Made by a program: the position numbers and the translations under genes. 64,000 nt of DNA from Lama glama (lineage: Eukaryota): the NCBI GenBank assembly GCA_028534125.1, contig CM052816.1, positions 29,886,001 to 29,950,000 on the forward strand, read 5' to 3'. This document shows positions 34,541 through 47,740 of the stretch, in pieces. The notes beneath the pieces are model-generated. The model searched no databases. It was not told where the DNA came from and worked only from the letters and a program-made list of their open reading frames with translations. The first letter of the stretch is position 1. Each line of letters begins with the position of its first letter.

Positions 34541-37149
34541 TCTGTATGTAAGTGTTTGTGTGTATGTGACAGAGAGACAGAGAGAGGTGAGGCAAGGTGA
34601 CATGGGACTGGCCATATCTGTCAGAAGTTCTGTGCACTGAGAACACGGGCTACTTGGTGCTTTTGTTCACAGCTCTGGTCCTTAATAATTAAAGCTGGAG
34701 AAACAGGGAAAAAATCCCATTAAATTCCATTAGGCACTCAGTGCTACACTGTGGCATCGGAAATGGTAAAGTCTAAAATAATAGGTCTTGGAACCCTTTC
34801 AAAGTCAAGAACTTTCACGTGTAAGTAGAAGGGATTGGTTATGTGAGTAAGATTTCTGCTTTCCTTGCCCCCTTGGCTCAAGTAAAGGACCCATTGACAT
34901 CAGGGCAGGACCATGACTGTGTAATCAGTTGTCAGATGGGATTTTTTTTTCCCACTCAGTTTTGCTGAGAACAAAATAATAGAACCCACACTTCAAAGTG
35001 AGTACCAGCCCTGCCCTGCAGGACTTCATAGGAAGTGGCCCCAGATCAGTTCAGTATCTTTACCTGGAGGGTACCGGAGAGCCTGGGGCGGTGAGGAGAG
35101 AACATCTTAGGAAAAAGATTGTCAGAGAGCTGCGTCTTCCTCTCCCCTATCCCGTGCTGCCTTCATCTCAAGCTGAGAGAGAGGGGTTCTAGAAAGTCCA
35201 TTTGCAGAATTTCCAGCTCTCCTGTGGAGTTTGTAGGGACGTAAGGAACAGCTGTCTGTACCTTTCTGAGGAGGTGGCTAGAGCTGTGTGCCTGGTCGCA
35301 ATGACACACACACAAAGCTACACTGGAAGCCATTTCTCCCTCCTACCATAGCAGGACAGAAAAGGCTTGAGTTTTCCTGTGGGCGTGTGGCTCTAGAATG
35401 ATGGTGGTGGAGTGGACCTGGCCGGGGCTCAGCCCAGGAAGCCCACGTGGATGTAACAACACAGGGGAGTCTATATGGGGAGCCTGGGGGAGTCCAGGAG
35501 CTGAGAGGGTCGGACTGGGCCTGCTGGAGGAGACATCACCCACATCCAGGGAGCTGTGGTTAAAGGTCACCAGGAGGGGGTCTCCATGTTCCCCTCTAAG
35601 GGCCTTGTGACCCCAGGTGCTAGGTCAGCATTTGGAAAATGTCAGATCACAAAATAACCAGCCATGCTAACTAAGATTGTCCTCTCCTCTACTGCCTGCC
35701 TTCCTTGGGCCCAGTTCTGGAGGGGCAAACACCTTGGCTGTGGCTGAGGGGGGAGGACTAGGGGGACAAAGCTGGGGAAAAGAGATGGAGCCCGTCAGGC
35801 CTGCTCCCCAGACCTCCCCCATCCCCGACTTCCAGGCCTAAAGCAGTAGTATGCTGGAGAAGCACAGGGGCTTGGAGCTTGGGGGCGTTGATTTTCATAT
35901 TTGACTGGCAATTATTTCCAAAATGAAACTGTTCTTGTGCCTAAAATAAACAGGAAAAATATGAAGGGATCTGTCAGAGATTTCATTCAAGAGACAGGGT
36001 CTGCAGATGAGGTTTGGATGGACAGTAAATGAGAGATTTCGTTGTTTTCTGCTTGCATCCATAACGTGTGGCTTGTTCCATTCAGCAGCTACAGCAGTCA
36101 CTGTCCATTCCCGGTGTACAGTGCAGAGTGGCTGGGTTGCTTTAGAGAGAGCCCTAGGCAATCTTTTAAAATGTTCTTGGCCAGTCTTCGGAAAGGCGAA
36201 ACTTCCATGCACGCTAGGGGTGCTTCCGCGGCACCCCTCCCCGTGATGACGCCGTGTTAGAGTGGACAGGGCATGATGCGGGGACCTTCTGACCTGCCTC
36301 CCTCACCCATGTCTGGCCTTTCTTCCTTGTTTAGTGGAATGCAGGCTCAAGGGGTGCTTTGCTCTGATTCCGTTAGCATTTTCAAGGCCAAACTTCTGTT
36401 CTGCCTTACAGTTTAACCCCATTTTCCTGTCCTCACTCTCAAATCTCTCTTCCAGCCATGGCCTGAAGGGTTCTTTGCTACACCAGTGAGAATTGGCCGT
36501 GGGTCAGGGGTCATGTTCAAAGCCGCAGCCCGGGTGGATGATGAATCTCCCCTCCCACTGCTGTTCTGGGCGCTGTTGCTGAAATAAAGAAGGGGCAGTG
36601 TGGGGTGAAACGGAGAAGGTGGTCTGTACAAAAGGGAGACTCGTTTTTGGCTCAGACTGTGGGCACATTTCAGAAAAAGACTCTCTCTTCTGTTACCAGG
36701 CTGCACTTTTTAGAGGAAGAGAGATGGACTTAGGGAGTCACGTCTGAAATCCACTGAAACCTGCATTTGTAGGCTCAGAACTGTGCGATGGATTGATCCC
36801 GACTTAATGCAGTTCAGCGGTGCTTGTTGAAGCAATCACAGTTAAAAGGATACGCTGGCAACGCTGTGAAAAGCTGAGGGTTGAGTAGGTTTCCACTTTC
36901 CTCAGCACCGAGCCAGAAAGCCCTCATTTGTTTTCCTTTTCTGGGAGTCACCTCATGCTATTCAGACAGGGTGACAACCATGCCTGAAGGAGCTCTGTTA
37001 AGCCAGTTTACCTCAGGCGTGTGGCTGCAGATTTTAGAGGAAAGCTTTGAGTGATGAGAGATTGTTTTCCCAGCTCGACAGAGCTTTCCAGTGACCAAAT
37101 AACCGAGCTGTTCTCTCAGAAGAGTCACCAGGTTAACCTAGTGACTCCA

Positions 37150-37240
37150 GTTCCCTCCTACCACTCAAGGCTGTGTGACCTTGGAAATCGCTGGACCTCA
37201 CAGGCTTTGGCTGCTTCGCTTATAAATTATAAATGCTGGA
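37150..37240 (+). mobile_element. MIR fragment
   Basis: 'ctctaccact...gctgtgtgaccttggaaatcgctggacctc' region resembles the MIR core. Confidence 0.55.
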
Positions 37241-38359
37241 AGGCAGGCTAAGGCTGGAGGGCCACACGAGCTGTAATTCTGCCTTCTTTTCTCTTGGGCA
37301 GTCAATGTGGATCTGCGGCTGATTTTAGTCTCGTTCTGGGTCTGGCTCTGTGATGGCAGAAGCAAGCCTGGGTGCTCGGACCAGCAGGGTCTGGCCTTGG
37401 CATCTGAAGACACTGAGGTTTCAGCGCTTTTGCTATCCTGCCTCTCACAGGTGCTAAATGACCCAGAACTGTATACAGATTCCTTATCCAAAGAAAGAAT
37501 GAAAAATGCTTTCTTTTGGAGTTAAAAGAAATAGATCCTGGACTTCTTGTTTCTATGCATTGAATATTTCAATATGATATTATAATATTTCTATTAATTT
37601 TTATTAAGAATTATATAATCCGAGTTAACTCATTACTCCTAGATAAGCTATCAAGGCTACGTGTGTAATTGGCTTTGTTTAATGTGCCTTTTGTTGTTCT
37701 CAAACATTATTTGGGTTGGAGGTGGATAAGGGGGACTATTTGCCTCCTTTCCCGTGCTGGGTTTTATGACATGTGGTGAGAGAGGTAAAACATGACTCCT
37801 GTCCTGCAAGAGAGATGAGAGTTGGAGAGAAGACATAGGAAGGAGAAAGAGATGATACGGAGAGGGGACTCCCAGGTGAGCAGGTGGAGATGTTCTTTAG
37901 AACCTGTCTTATTACATAAGGCAGAGGATTTGTCTTCAAAGCTGTGGTTTCCTCTGCCACTCTGCCCACTGGGAGCATCTTGGTCTGTTGGCTCAGTTCA
38001 GTCTTTGAGTCTCTGCATTTTGATTCTCCGTGAGGGTCTCTGGATGAGATGAGGGGCCCTTTTCATGTGCTCCACATCACTGAGGGGAGTTGTTATATCC
38101 CTGACTCCTTATTCAGTTATCTCTTCCTTACTTACTGTAAGCTCTGTCTTGCTTACTGTTGTTTTCCCAATGGCTGGCGTTTATTGATCGAAGTACTTAC
38201 TGGTTGAAAAGAAATTATTGATAATTAAATTAATAGCCTGCTGCTCTTGAAAGACTGACGTTTCCAGTATAGGTTTAATGATTCTCTTCTACTTGGCCTC
38301 TATGTAGTCGTATTCCACTTCTCCCATGGTAGATTGAACATAGTAGATGTTATTTATTA

Positions 38360-38858
38360 ATTCAATAGAAAGTGATTTTGCATCATCATGTCTATGTATC
38401 AGGATTGCTTCTGGGTTCACAGTTTAAAGGGATGAACAAGATAGGCAAGGTCCTTGCTGTCCTGGAGAGCAAGAGGAGAGAGGCAGAAACTGAGAAACAA
38501 AGAAGTAAACAAGGACATTTTAGATGATGCCATGTGCACAATGTCCTAGAGGGTGACAGGGTGGGTGGTGAGGGGAGGCCTGAGGAGGGAACATTTAAGC
38601 CCTCCTGAAAGATGGGAAGGCTCCCAGCCAAGTAGAGGGTGGTGGTGTTCATGGGGGAGTTTAGGCAAAGACAAAGATCCAGAGGGACAGACAGGCTTGG
38701 AGTGTTTGAGGACCAGAGAGAAGGCCTGAGTGGCTTGGGGCGGGGAGGGAGGAGGTGAAGGGGTAGGGAGGGAGGGGAGAAAGTGAGTGAGGGTGAGTTT
38801 AATAACATGAAGCTGGAGTGGGAGGCAGAGGTGAGGTCATTTAGGGTATTAAAGGCTG
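38360..38858 (-). mobile_element. L2 LINE
   Basis: 'gatgaacaagataggcaaggtccttgctgtcctggag...ggcctgaggagggaacatttaagc...gtgtttgaggaccagagagaaggcctgagtggct'. Confidence 0.8.
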
Positions 38859-38860
38859 TA

Positions 38861-39210
38861 TGTATCAGCCAGAGTTCTGGTAAGAAACCAAAGGCATAAT
38901 TAAATTGGATTATTTGGAGAGACTTTGATGTGGGCAGGGTTTAGGAAAAGCAACAGGGTTAATGCAGCGCCCCAGGGCTGGCGAAGGGAGGTGGGCAAGG
39001 GGCGAGGGCAGCTTCGGACTCTGAAGGGGTGCATCCAGGTCACCATGGCCCAGCAGCAAGAGAGGAAGCTGGGGGAAGCTGTCCCCTCATTCCCCTCCAT
39101 GTTCCAGAGTTCCCACAGGTGCCTCCACTGGCCAACCCAGCCAGAAGCAGGAGGTTAGGAGAGCCCACTGGGCCTAAGGGCATGGAAAAGACTCCAGCTC
39201 ACCCTCCTGA
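38861..39210 (-). mobile_element. Old MaLR LTR (MLT1-like) nested in L2
   Basis: 'tgtatcagccagagttctggtaagaaac...tgtgggcagggtttagg...gtgcctccactggccaacccagccagaagc...tgaca', with TG...CA ends. L2 resumes afterwards. Confidence 0.65.
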
Positions 39211-39214
39211 CAGA

Positions 39215-39380
39215 TTTGGATTTGAATTCTGTGCATGATGGAGAGCCGTTGGGGGATTTTGACAAGGGAAGTGATGTGGTCTGATGTCTGCTTTGAGGAG
39301 ATCGCTCAGGTGGAGACTTGACTCTAAGAGGCAGAGGTGGAGGCAGGCTGCCGTTAGGAGACCCATTGCCATGGCCCATG
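39215..39380 (-). mobile_element. L2 LINE continuation
   Basis: 'tggatttgaattctgtgcatgatggagagccgttgggggattttgacaagggaagtgatgtggtctga'. Confidence 0.75.
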
Positions 39381-40081
39381 GCTCCCCCCAGCCTCTGCCC
39401 AGTAGGATTCGGTCACTGTATACGGGCTCCTGGCCCTCCCTGATGTGGTAAAGCTGGCTGATCAGTTGTCCGGGACCACACTTAAATGTTCCATGCTGGG
39501 GTGTTGTTTGAGGTTCCTAGTGTGGCGTGTGGTGCAGGTGGCAGTCTTACAGCTTTGTTGGACACTGACCATGGCACTATTTCTAGCTCTCAGTGGGGTC
39601 GGAAAGTTGCCACTCGGTGACTAGCTAAGGATGGTCCTCCTCACCCAAAAATGCCCCCTGGCTGTGTGTGGCTCAGTGAGGAGAGGTCTGTGGAAGTGCT
39701 CACAGAAGCACCGAGGAGGAGTTCACTCCTGTATCTGTTTTATGGTGTCACGATCATCCCGGCCATTCCTGGGGGCTGATCTCTCTAATTTGGGCTGCAG
39801 TGAGGGAATACTGGACCTGAAAGACATTTTTTGAGAAAGCTTCACACATAGTAGGTTGCTCATCCTGGGAAGAAAGCACACATTTGTGTGTGTACACCTG
39901 TGTGGGTTTGTGGGCAGTGGGGCGAGGAAAGGAGGGAGGATGACAGAGGAAGAAGAGAAGAAGTGAGGGGATGTGACAGTGTTTTGATGAGTTCAGTTTA
40001 TCTTCAGGAATGCTTTATAGACGATGTTCTAAGGTGTGCCCTGCACAAGCTGAGGATGAGGGTGAAATTCCAGAAAATTAA

Positions 40082-40104
40082 ACACACACACACACACACA
40101 CACA
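40082..40104. repeat. (CA)n microsatellite
   Basis: acacacacacacacacacacaca. Confidence 0.95.
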
Positions 40105-40865
40105 ACTTTCCTCCCTTTTGTGTCCCAAGTGTTGGACTCAGCATCTGAGACACTGAGATGTTATGTATAATTTTTGATGCTAACTATAATTGTGACTTTA
40201 AGTGAGGGTCACCCTAAAAATCTGTAGAAAGGGTGTTGTGGAGTCAAAAACTAACTTAACTTTTGATTCCACCTTAAGTCTAGGGCTGCATGATGTGATT
40301 GGGTACTTGAGGTCTGCATAGTATATTTCAATTAGAATTTTGATAACATAGTAAGAGATAGAAAAGAAGGGCTTTAGTTTTCCAGTAGTGTTAAGACGAT
40401 ATTTTTTAAAACAGGTTATAGTTTTCCAGATTGCAGTTGTTAACAAATAAATCAAATGCTAATGATGAAAAATATTTAATACTCTGTTAAAGGAATATTG
40501 CTCTAAATTGTTCAAGAATCTTTGAATCATTTAGTATTCAAGGGACAGCTATCATGTAATGAGATGGCTTTTAACAAACTCGTTAAAACTCATTCAATTG
40601 GCAAAAAATAAATTGAATGTGGACTATTTGTAAGGCAAGTGAGAGAAACCAAAATGCAGAAGACATCGTCTCTGCCCCCAAGAAGCTTATGTATTGTAAT
40701 AATTTTGTACTTCACTCTAATCACCTTGGGACGCTGTTCTCTTTTTTCAGTGAGATCACTCCTGCGGAACTGTTTTCAGAGCCAGTTTAACACATTGACA
40801 CGTGTATGTGTGGCCCCCACATACGCACACACAGGCGTGTTCATTGTCACTTTTATTTCTGTAGA

Positions 40866-41195
40866 CCGGGGTCAGCAAAACATGGCCAGCAGGTCAAATC
40901 CAGCCTGCTGCCTGTTTGGCCTGGCCCCAGAGCTAAGAATGGTTTTTACGTTTCTCAATGGTTGAAAAAAAAATCAAAAGAAGAATAATATGTTGTGACA
41001 CATGAAACTTATATGAAATTCAAATTTCAGTGTTCATGAAGAACGTTTTATTGGAACACGGCAATGTTTATCCATTTACGTCCTGTTGGTGGCTGCTTTC
41101 ATGCTACAAGGGCAGAGTTGAGTGGTTCTGACAGAGACCATATGGCCCTCAAAGCTGAGAATATTTACTGTCTGGTCCTTTACAGAACTGTATCT
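40866..41195 (+). mobile_element. MER58B-like hAT-Charlie MITE
   Basis: 'ggggtcagcaaa...aaatccagcctgctgcctgttt...gagctaagaatggtttttac...tgaaattcaaatttcagtg...aatatttactgtctggtcctttacagaa'. Confidence 0.9.
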
Positions 41196-44100
41196 TTAGG
41201 ATCATGTCTAATTTTTTTTCATAGTCTTCAGGTAGATCCTCTGTTTTCTTCCACAGATCTGACTCCACTTTGTTCTAATTTTCGAAACTCAGACTTGTCT
41301 TCTGAGATAAAATATTTCATTTCACGTTATTGGTGTTCAAGGAAATCTTTTTCAGGCTTTGAAGTAATCCCCGAAGTGTTCTCCAATACTGTGAGCAGTG
41401 GTCATGTTGTTACTCCACTGAAGGGGCAGGGGGTGGGGTGGTTAGGATATAAGGAATAGGGAGAAGGAAAATCCATCTCAGTTGCCCCGCAAGAAGCCCT
41501 CAGAGAGAAGTGGAGCAGCGTTCAGGTACGACAGAAACACTGGAGTTTATGCTCTTTGCCTGAGTGTCTTTCCTTTGTGTCCCTGCCTCTCTGCTGCGTT
41601 CACTGTGACTCTCACCTTCTGTGGCTATTGACTGCCGTCTCTCTTCTAATATTCCCCACCCCACAGCTTCCTGTACTGGTGGCTAACATGGTCTCGTTGC
41701 TTCTGCTGCTGCTCCGCGGCTCTTGGTGTCTCACATTCAGACCTCTTAAGAGGGAGGATGATACTGAGTCAGTCACTACCAAGAGAAACTCGCCTTTGAT
41801 GTGCTGAGGGCTTGACCCAGGTCCCCTCACCATTAGATGACTGTGAGGGCAGGAAGACCCCTATTTGGGAAGTGTTTGCATCTGTTGATCTCATGGACCC
41901 TAAACGTGTACTGGGATATAGATGTCCGGGCAGCAGGGATACGTCTGTGACCACAGGTGTCCTCCCCTTGACTGAGGTGAGCAGCCAAACGGTATCAACA
42001 TGGTAGATCAATATGATGAAGAAATGCCAGCGGTGGGATCTGACAGTAAAATTTTACGTAAGGAAAAGAAATGCAGGTATCATTGGACATTATCCAGATA
42101 AACTGGAAGGAGGAGAGAAGTCATGCTGAGGCAATATTTGAAATACTCAATATGGTCAACCTTAATGATTACATTGACCCTTTAACTGGGAGGCCAGAAC
42201 AGTTTAGCCCAGACCTACTTACAAACCTGCAATTTTAGGTCTCTGCGAATAAAATTTGATTTTTAGTAAGTTCATTGACATAGGCAGAGGTCCTAATTTG
42301 GTATCAATAAAGTTTTACCTTTAAAAGAAACTACCTGTTTCAAAGCTCCAGACCTGCTTACTGTCTCCTGAACCCCTCCCTCTCTCCATGTGTTGTCGTT
42401 ACTTGCACCTGTTCTCCCACGACTTTACACATTTTAAAAAGAGTCAGAGAAAACCAGAGGATAATAGAACACTTGATCTAGAGCTTGGCAGGGGTCTAGG
42501 ACACACAGAAACCGAAGTGTCCTCAACCCCTGGAGACCCAGCCCAACGGTGCCACATGGGTAGGAATCCCTCATTACTTACTTCTCCGTGACAGTGAGGG
42601 CTCCCGCCTTACTTAAACATCTAGGGCCTTCCTTTGTGGTGTAAATGGGAGTCTGGAGAATTTAGCTCTTTTAATGCCAGATTGACTTGGTCTCCTAAAA
42701 CGTGAGTTTCTAGCTCTGGGCGAAGGAGGTGGGGGCAGTGGCTATGAACACCTTGACCTTGGCACTGTCTCGCGACAAAGTGGTTAATGACTGGGCAATT
42801 TGGGTAATATTAAAGGTGTACGTCCACCAGGATCACTTGCATATTAAGACTTAAGAATTAAAATGCTTCTTAGGGTTGTAGAGATGGATATGTGTGTTTT
42901 GGGAAGCATGAGGAAAGAGGTCCTTTATAGATTCTTTTATGAGATACTTGATTATTTTTTATGTACTTGTTATTATCTCCCCTTTTACTGCCCTCCCTTT
43001 AACTGACTTTGCCTTTGCCATCAAATATCTGTGTTACCTCAAACCGTACGTGTGGACTTGGAGGGGCTGCCACCTCCTACCCCACCAGTTGGTTACCACT
43101 CGGTTTCTCCTCTTTATGAGAGAATAAAATAGAGAAACATAAACCTGTCCCCTTGGCCATATGTATTTGTATCTGCAGGGACAAGATGGAAGGCAGGCCG
43201 TGGTAAAGCTCGATGCCTGGCTTGCAGCGCTGCTTAACAGCAAGATGGGGGAAGCTAATTAACCCGTCCAGATAAGAGTCAGAAGCAAGAAGCACATTTC
43301 AGAGCTCCAGACAGTTTTGAGCATCAAGATAATTTTAGAAAGAAGATATTTTGAAATTATACAGTGATCTCTATTACAGTGGCAACAGCTGGTACCAACT
43401 TGACAAATCAAGGAATTTTCTAAGAAAGATAAACTGCACACTTCTCCTGTGAAACCCAGCCAGACCAATATCATCAGGGCTTACAGCAAAAGCACTTACT
43501 GCTGTCAAGTCAACACACAGCCTAGTTGACCTTTTACAAATGGAGGAAAATAAGTTTAGCAAAACCCAGTGAGAGATATTGAAAGATAGGCTGGAGGTGA
43601 ATGGTAGGAGGGCTGAGCAATTTCGCTACCCCAGCCAATTGGCTATAACTGGTAAAGTGCCTTCTCCCCCGCGAGTCTAGGGACAGGCACGGCCGCCCAC
43701 TGGTGAGTCGGCTCATTGCTTGGCGGGCACTTTATTGACTGCATTTGCTGCCTTTGGAGCGTATTTCTCCCACGAGCTTTAGCAGTCACAGCCATGCATC
43801 TGAACCTCGTGACTGGTAGCTGTTCTCCGGCCTGGACAGCAAGTGCTCCAGCTTGGCTTCACTGTTTGTTTTCTGCCAAAGCCGTGGTCTGGAGGCCTTG
43901 CACTATCTGTCTTGCGGCCCAAGGCCGTTATCTGGGCAGCACATTTCCATTTCCTTGGACATTATCTCTTTCAAATATTCCTCACTGAAAGTGAGCCATT
44001 TTGAGAAGATTACACTACAGTCAACATCTTTCAGTGGGAACTCTGTGCAATTCTGTATTTTTGGTTATTTTCCTTTCCTACATCAGGGACACAGACCAGG

Positions 44101-44955
44101 ACGGCCCTTCACCAGTACTTGAATATAATTCTTTAATTAGTGATCACTTTTCCTCTCCCCACTCCCAACCCCAAATAATCATGTAATTAGGTCCGGTGGT
44201 ATGAAATGTATTTCTCAGATGTGAGCCACAGCCTGTCCTTCAGCCGTCCTTCAGAGCTCAGAGAATGCCCTGCGCCACCCCTGGGAGACTGAGCTCCAAG
44301 GGCAGTGGAGCCAAGCTCTCCAGGTGAAACAGGGCACAGACGATGGCCCTGTCTCTCTCTGTGGCTCCAGAGCGAGAGCCGGTATTTACTGGCCCTGTTT
44401 GCATGCTGACTCTGTTCGTTTTTTTCTTTTCAGTGTGGGTCTTGGCCCCATCATGCCCGTCTCATGCAGCGCGTGCCATTATGATTTCAGAATAATGGAA
44501 AGAGCGCCAGGGCACTGCTCGTGGGTGATATGACTCTCAAACTGTCTACAGATTGCCGAGTCAGTGAAATGTTTTGACAGAGAGAAATATGTGTTGTCAA
44601 CATTGCTTTACCCACTGTCAGGAAGGGAAACTGAAACTGCACTTCGGCAGGGCCCACATGTTGACGACTGGAATGAGCTCCTCGCAACAAATGACTACGG
44701 CTCATTTTGTTTTCCTTTATGCCACATTCTTCTCTAATGTAATGCCCAATTAAAAGCATAGCTCAGGTGCTTTTAAAAAAGAAAGGCTTAGAAAGGATTC
44801 TGGGAAGGAGCGGTGACAGGAGCGATCCCTCATCATGGAGAGAGTCATCGCGCCCTGGCAAGGAAACGGTCTGCCCGGTGACCCCCGGCATCCTGTGCGG
44901 AGAGTTTAAAGGAGACTCAAATGTAACCTTTTAAAGATAGAAAGCTATGTGTATA

Positions 44956-44957
<2 letters not shown>

Positions 44958-45024
<67 letters not shown>

Positions 45025-45049
45025 TGGAGGGAGGAAGAGAAAGAGAGAG
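44958..45049. repeat. Compound (TG)n(GA)n microsatellite
   Basis: ~15 TG units followed by a long GA-rich tract. Confidence 0.95.
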
Positions 45050-46064
45050 ATGAATTATTAGTGATACATCAAACAGCAGGCACTGTAGAGTCTGTATCCC
45101 TGGTGGAGGCATACATTTAGGACAACTTGTGAATTCATCTCTGGGATTAAGTGGAGACTGGAACTCTGCAGCTGTGTGTTGTCTCCTAACAAAACGAGGT
45201 TCGCTCTGTTGCCATGGCAGGTATGTTCCTGACAAGAGCTTGTTTCGAGTGGGAACACAGGTAGCTCCCGGAGCCCTACTGACCATCTTCACATTTAGTT
45301 CTACACTGTAGAAGCTGCTTTTTTTTCCTTCTTCTTCTTTTTCTTTCTTTATATTTTTTATTTTTTTGCTTAGAGAACATCCTTGATAAGAGAAATTGTT
45401 GACAACTTTGCCTTTCTTGAGAATCACTAAGGAAATATTTCTTCTTGTCAATCTCCTTTAACCTACCATGTGCAGGAATATTTTATTTGCCACTCATTAC
45501 AGGTCATATAAAAATGAATGAAGCTAAGTTCCTGTCCTTATGTAGCTTGGCACTTTCTCATTTAAAAAATTGTCTAATTGGGAAGGCTATAAAAGGAATA
45601 CTGGATAATAAGGAAAGCTGTATGGGCACACAAAGACTGGGCAAGACTGGGGGCTATGGAGGACAGTTCACCCAGCGTGCAGGCAGTGAGAAGGTGCCTT
45701 GTTTATAGGAAATTTAAAAATAATAGAACTACTGAAGATACAGTCTGTTTTTTTATTATCACCGCAATTGAGCGATTCTAAACAATGTTAGGGACAAAAT
45801 ACTCCTCCTTTCCCACTCCCACTCTCCCCCTTTGTTATGCAACTATTCAAAAAGCAATTACAAAGAGGACTTTTCAAAACTTTTGAACAATAGAAATGCG
45901 ATTGGAATGTGTTGCCCCCCATTATGGTGTTTTGAAAGAGAGAACATTCATTTAGAATATTTATTTAAAAGGAAAAAGGGAAGTCATTCTACTTTATAGA
46001 TCTCCTTTGTATATTAATTTGGATCTTGGCTTATGAATTTATAACTAGTCATATGTGTGTTTGT

Positions 46065-46172
46065 CTAAATCCTCCCTAGATTAAGATCCAGGAAGGCACG
46101 GTTGACCCTTGTTCATTAATAAAGGTTCTGACCAGCACTGTATACACATTTAGGCCCCAGTATATGATGGAT
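46065..46172 (+). mobile_element. L2 3' terminus (degenerate)
   Basis: 'cctccctagattaagatccaggaaggcacgg...cttgttcatt...cagcactg'. Confidence 0.5.
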
Positions 46173-47649
46173 GACTCAGGTTAGCAGCAAAATAGTATTT
46201 TGCTTGTGTTTTTTATCAGTCATGTGTATGAGAATCAGGGGAAGGCTCTGTCCTCTGCTTTGAAGGGTCTTCCTGCTGCTCATGCTGTCTGGAGAGAGAG
46301 ATACTCTCCAGCCGCTGGTGTTTACAAAGAGCTGAGGCTTATACACACATGACGTGGTGCCCACACCCACCAGCATTAAGGAAAATGGGGAGGGGATGCC
46401 TCCCTCTGTGTCCAAACATGTATCCTGGGTTGCTTGGCAATGTGTATCACTGTACTTTGATGTTCTTTCCACACCCTGTTATTTGCCTGCGGTGAAGATC
46501 AAGGAGGATGGGGGAGAAGAGAAGAACAAAATTTGATTTGTCTCAGGAACCACACTCCTAAGTGAGAGTCCTCACTGCAGGTAGGGGATAAGAAGGGAAA
46601 CGGGGTGGGGAGGCTGGAGAACAGCTTGGACATTGACTAACTCTTCCGTATTGGAAAATAGGAATGAATAAAACACTTGTAAAGGTAGATGTTGGGATCG
46701 GCCCACATCAGTCAATAATCCTGGGCAGTTTCTGAATATCAGGTCAAAGTGAGCTTGGCCTCGGGGGAAAAGTCACTCTCCTGAACTTCAGTGCTAATGT
46801 TACTGCTGAATGTTTTATGGAAAAGTTATGATGGTCGGAGGGAGGGGTTAGGGCAAGCTGGGGTGTCAAGAGTCTTTCTTCTACCATTTTGAGTGCCACC
46901 ATGCTGTTTCCTGGATGAGGGTCTAAGACTGAAGGGAGCATGTGTAGCCTCTGGCATGCGTAGCATCTATCTCATCTTCCAAGAAACCTTCCAGATGGAG
47001 AGTGGCCTTGGGTCAGTGTTCAGCTTGTGAACTGAAGCAGGTCTCCAGGGCTGGAGGGATGTCGTCTGGAACTTGAAGATGTGGCCTAGGTTCTGGGATA
47101 ATGAGGTGGGGAAAGGCAAACAGCCCAGGGCTTTCCATTTCTGTCCTATCCAGGGAAGTGTAGGGTCATTTTTTAGCTCCTGGGATGAGATGGTAGAGTG
47201 CAGAGAGGCTGGAAAACAAGTACCTTTCTCTGCCGCAAGCTCTGTCTATTGGGGTTTGCCAGTAAGGATTTAATTAAAACTTGTAGACTTCACATGAGAT
47301 CCAAAAGAAAAAGATGCCCCTTTGTTGCTCCCTGAGAAGAACTCTTGGACTTTTTCACTATCCTTCCTGGAAAGAACAACTGAGTGGACAGCCCTAAAGT
47401 GATACTGAATAAGGCAAGTGTACCTGGTAGGATGTCTGAGTTTTAAAAAATAATTCTTCCTTAGGAAACGTTGTGTGTATATGTTTCTTGGATTTCTGAT
47501 AATAATCTTTGCCAGATAAGTGAATTTCAGAACCATAATTATCACCGTTTTCCTTATAGGAAGTCTTTGGGTAAATTGTAGGGTGATCTCTTTTGTTCTT
47601 GTCCACTTGCCATTTGTTATTTGGAGAATAAAAGAATACAGTTCCAAGC

Positions 47650-47740
47650 ATGATCTTGGGCAAGTCACTTAACAATTGTAAGCCTGTCATCTATGAAACA
47701 TTAGGGTTGGACCCAGTGACTTCTGAGGTCCCTGCCAGCA
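47650..47740 (+). mobile_element. MIR3-like fragment
   Basis: 'tgatcttgggcaagtcacttaac...catctatgaaa...gggttggacccagtgacttctgaggtccctgccagc'. Confidence 0.7.

Noticed and set aside
44945..45451. 168-aa minus-strand ORF
   Set aside because: Kept open by stop-free microsatellites (SLSLS, HTHTH) and a pyrimidine tract.
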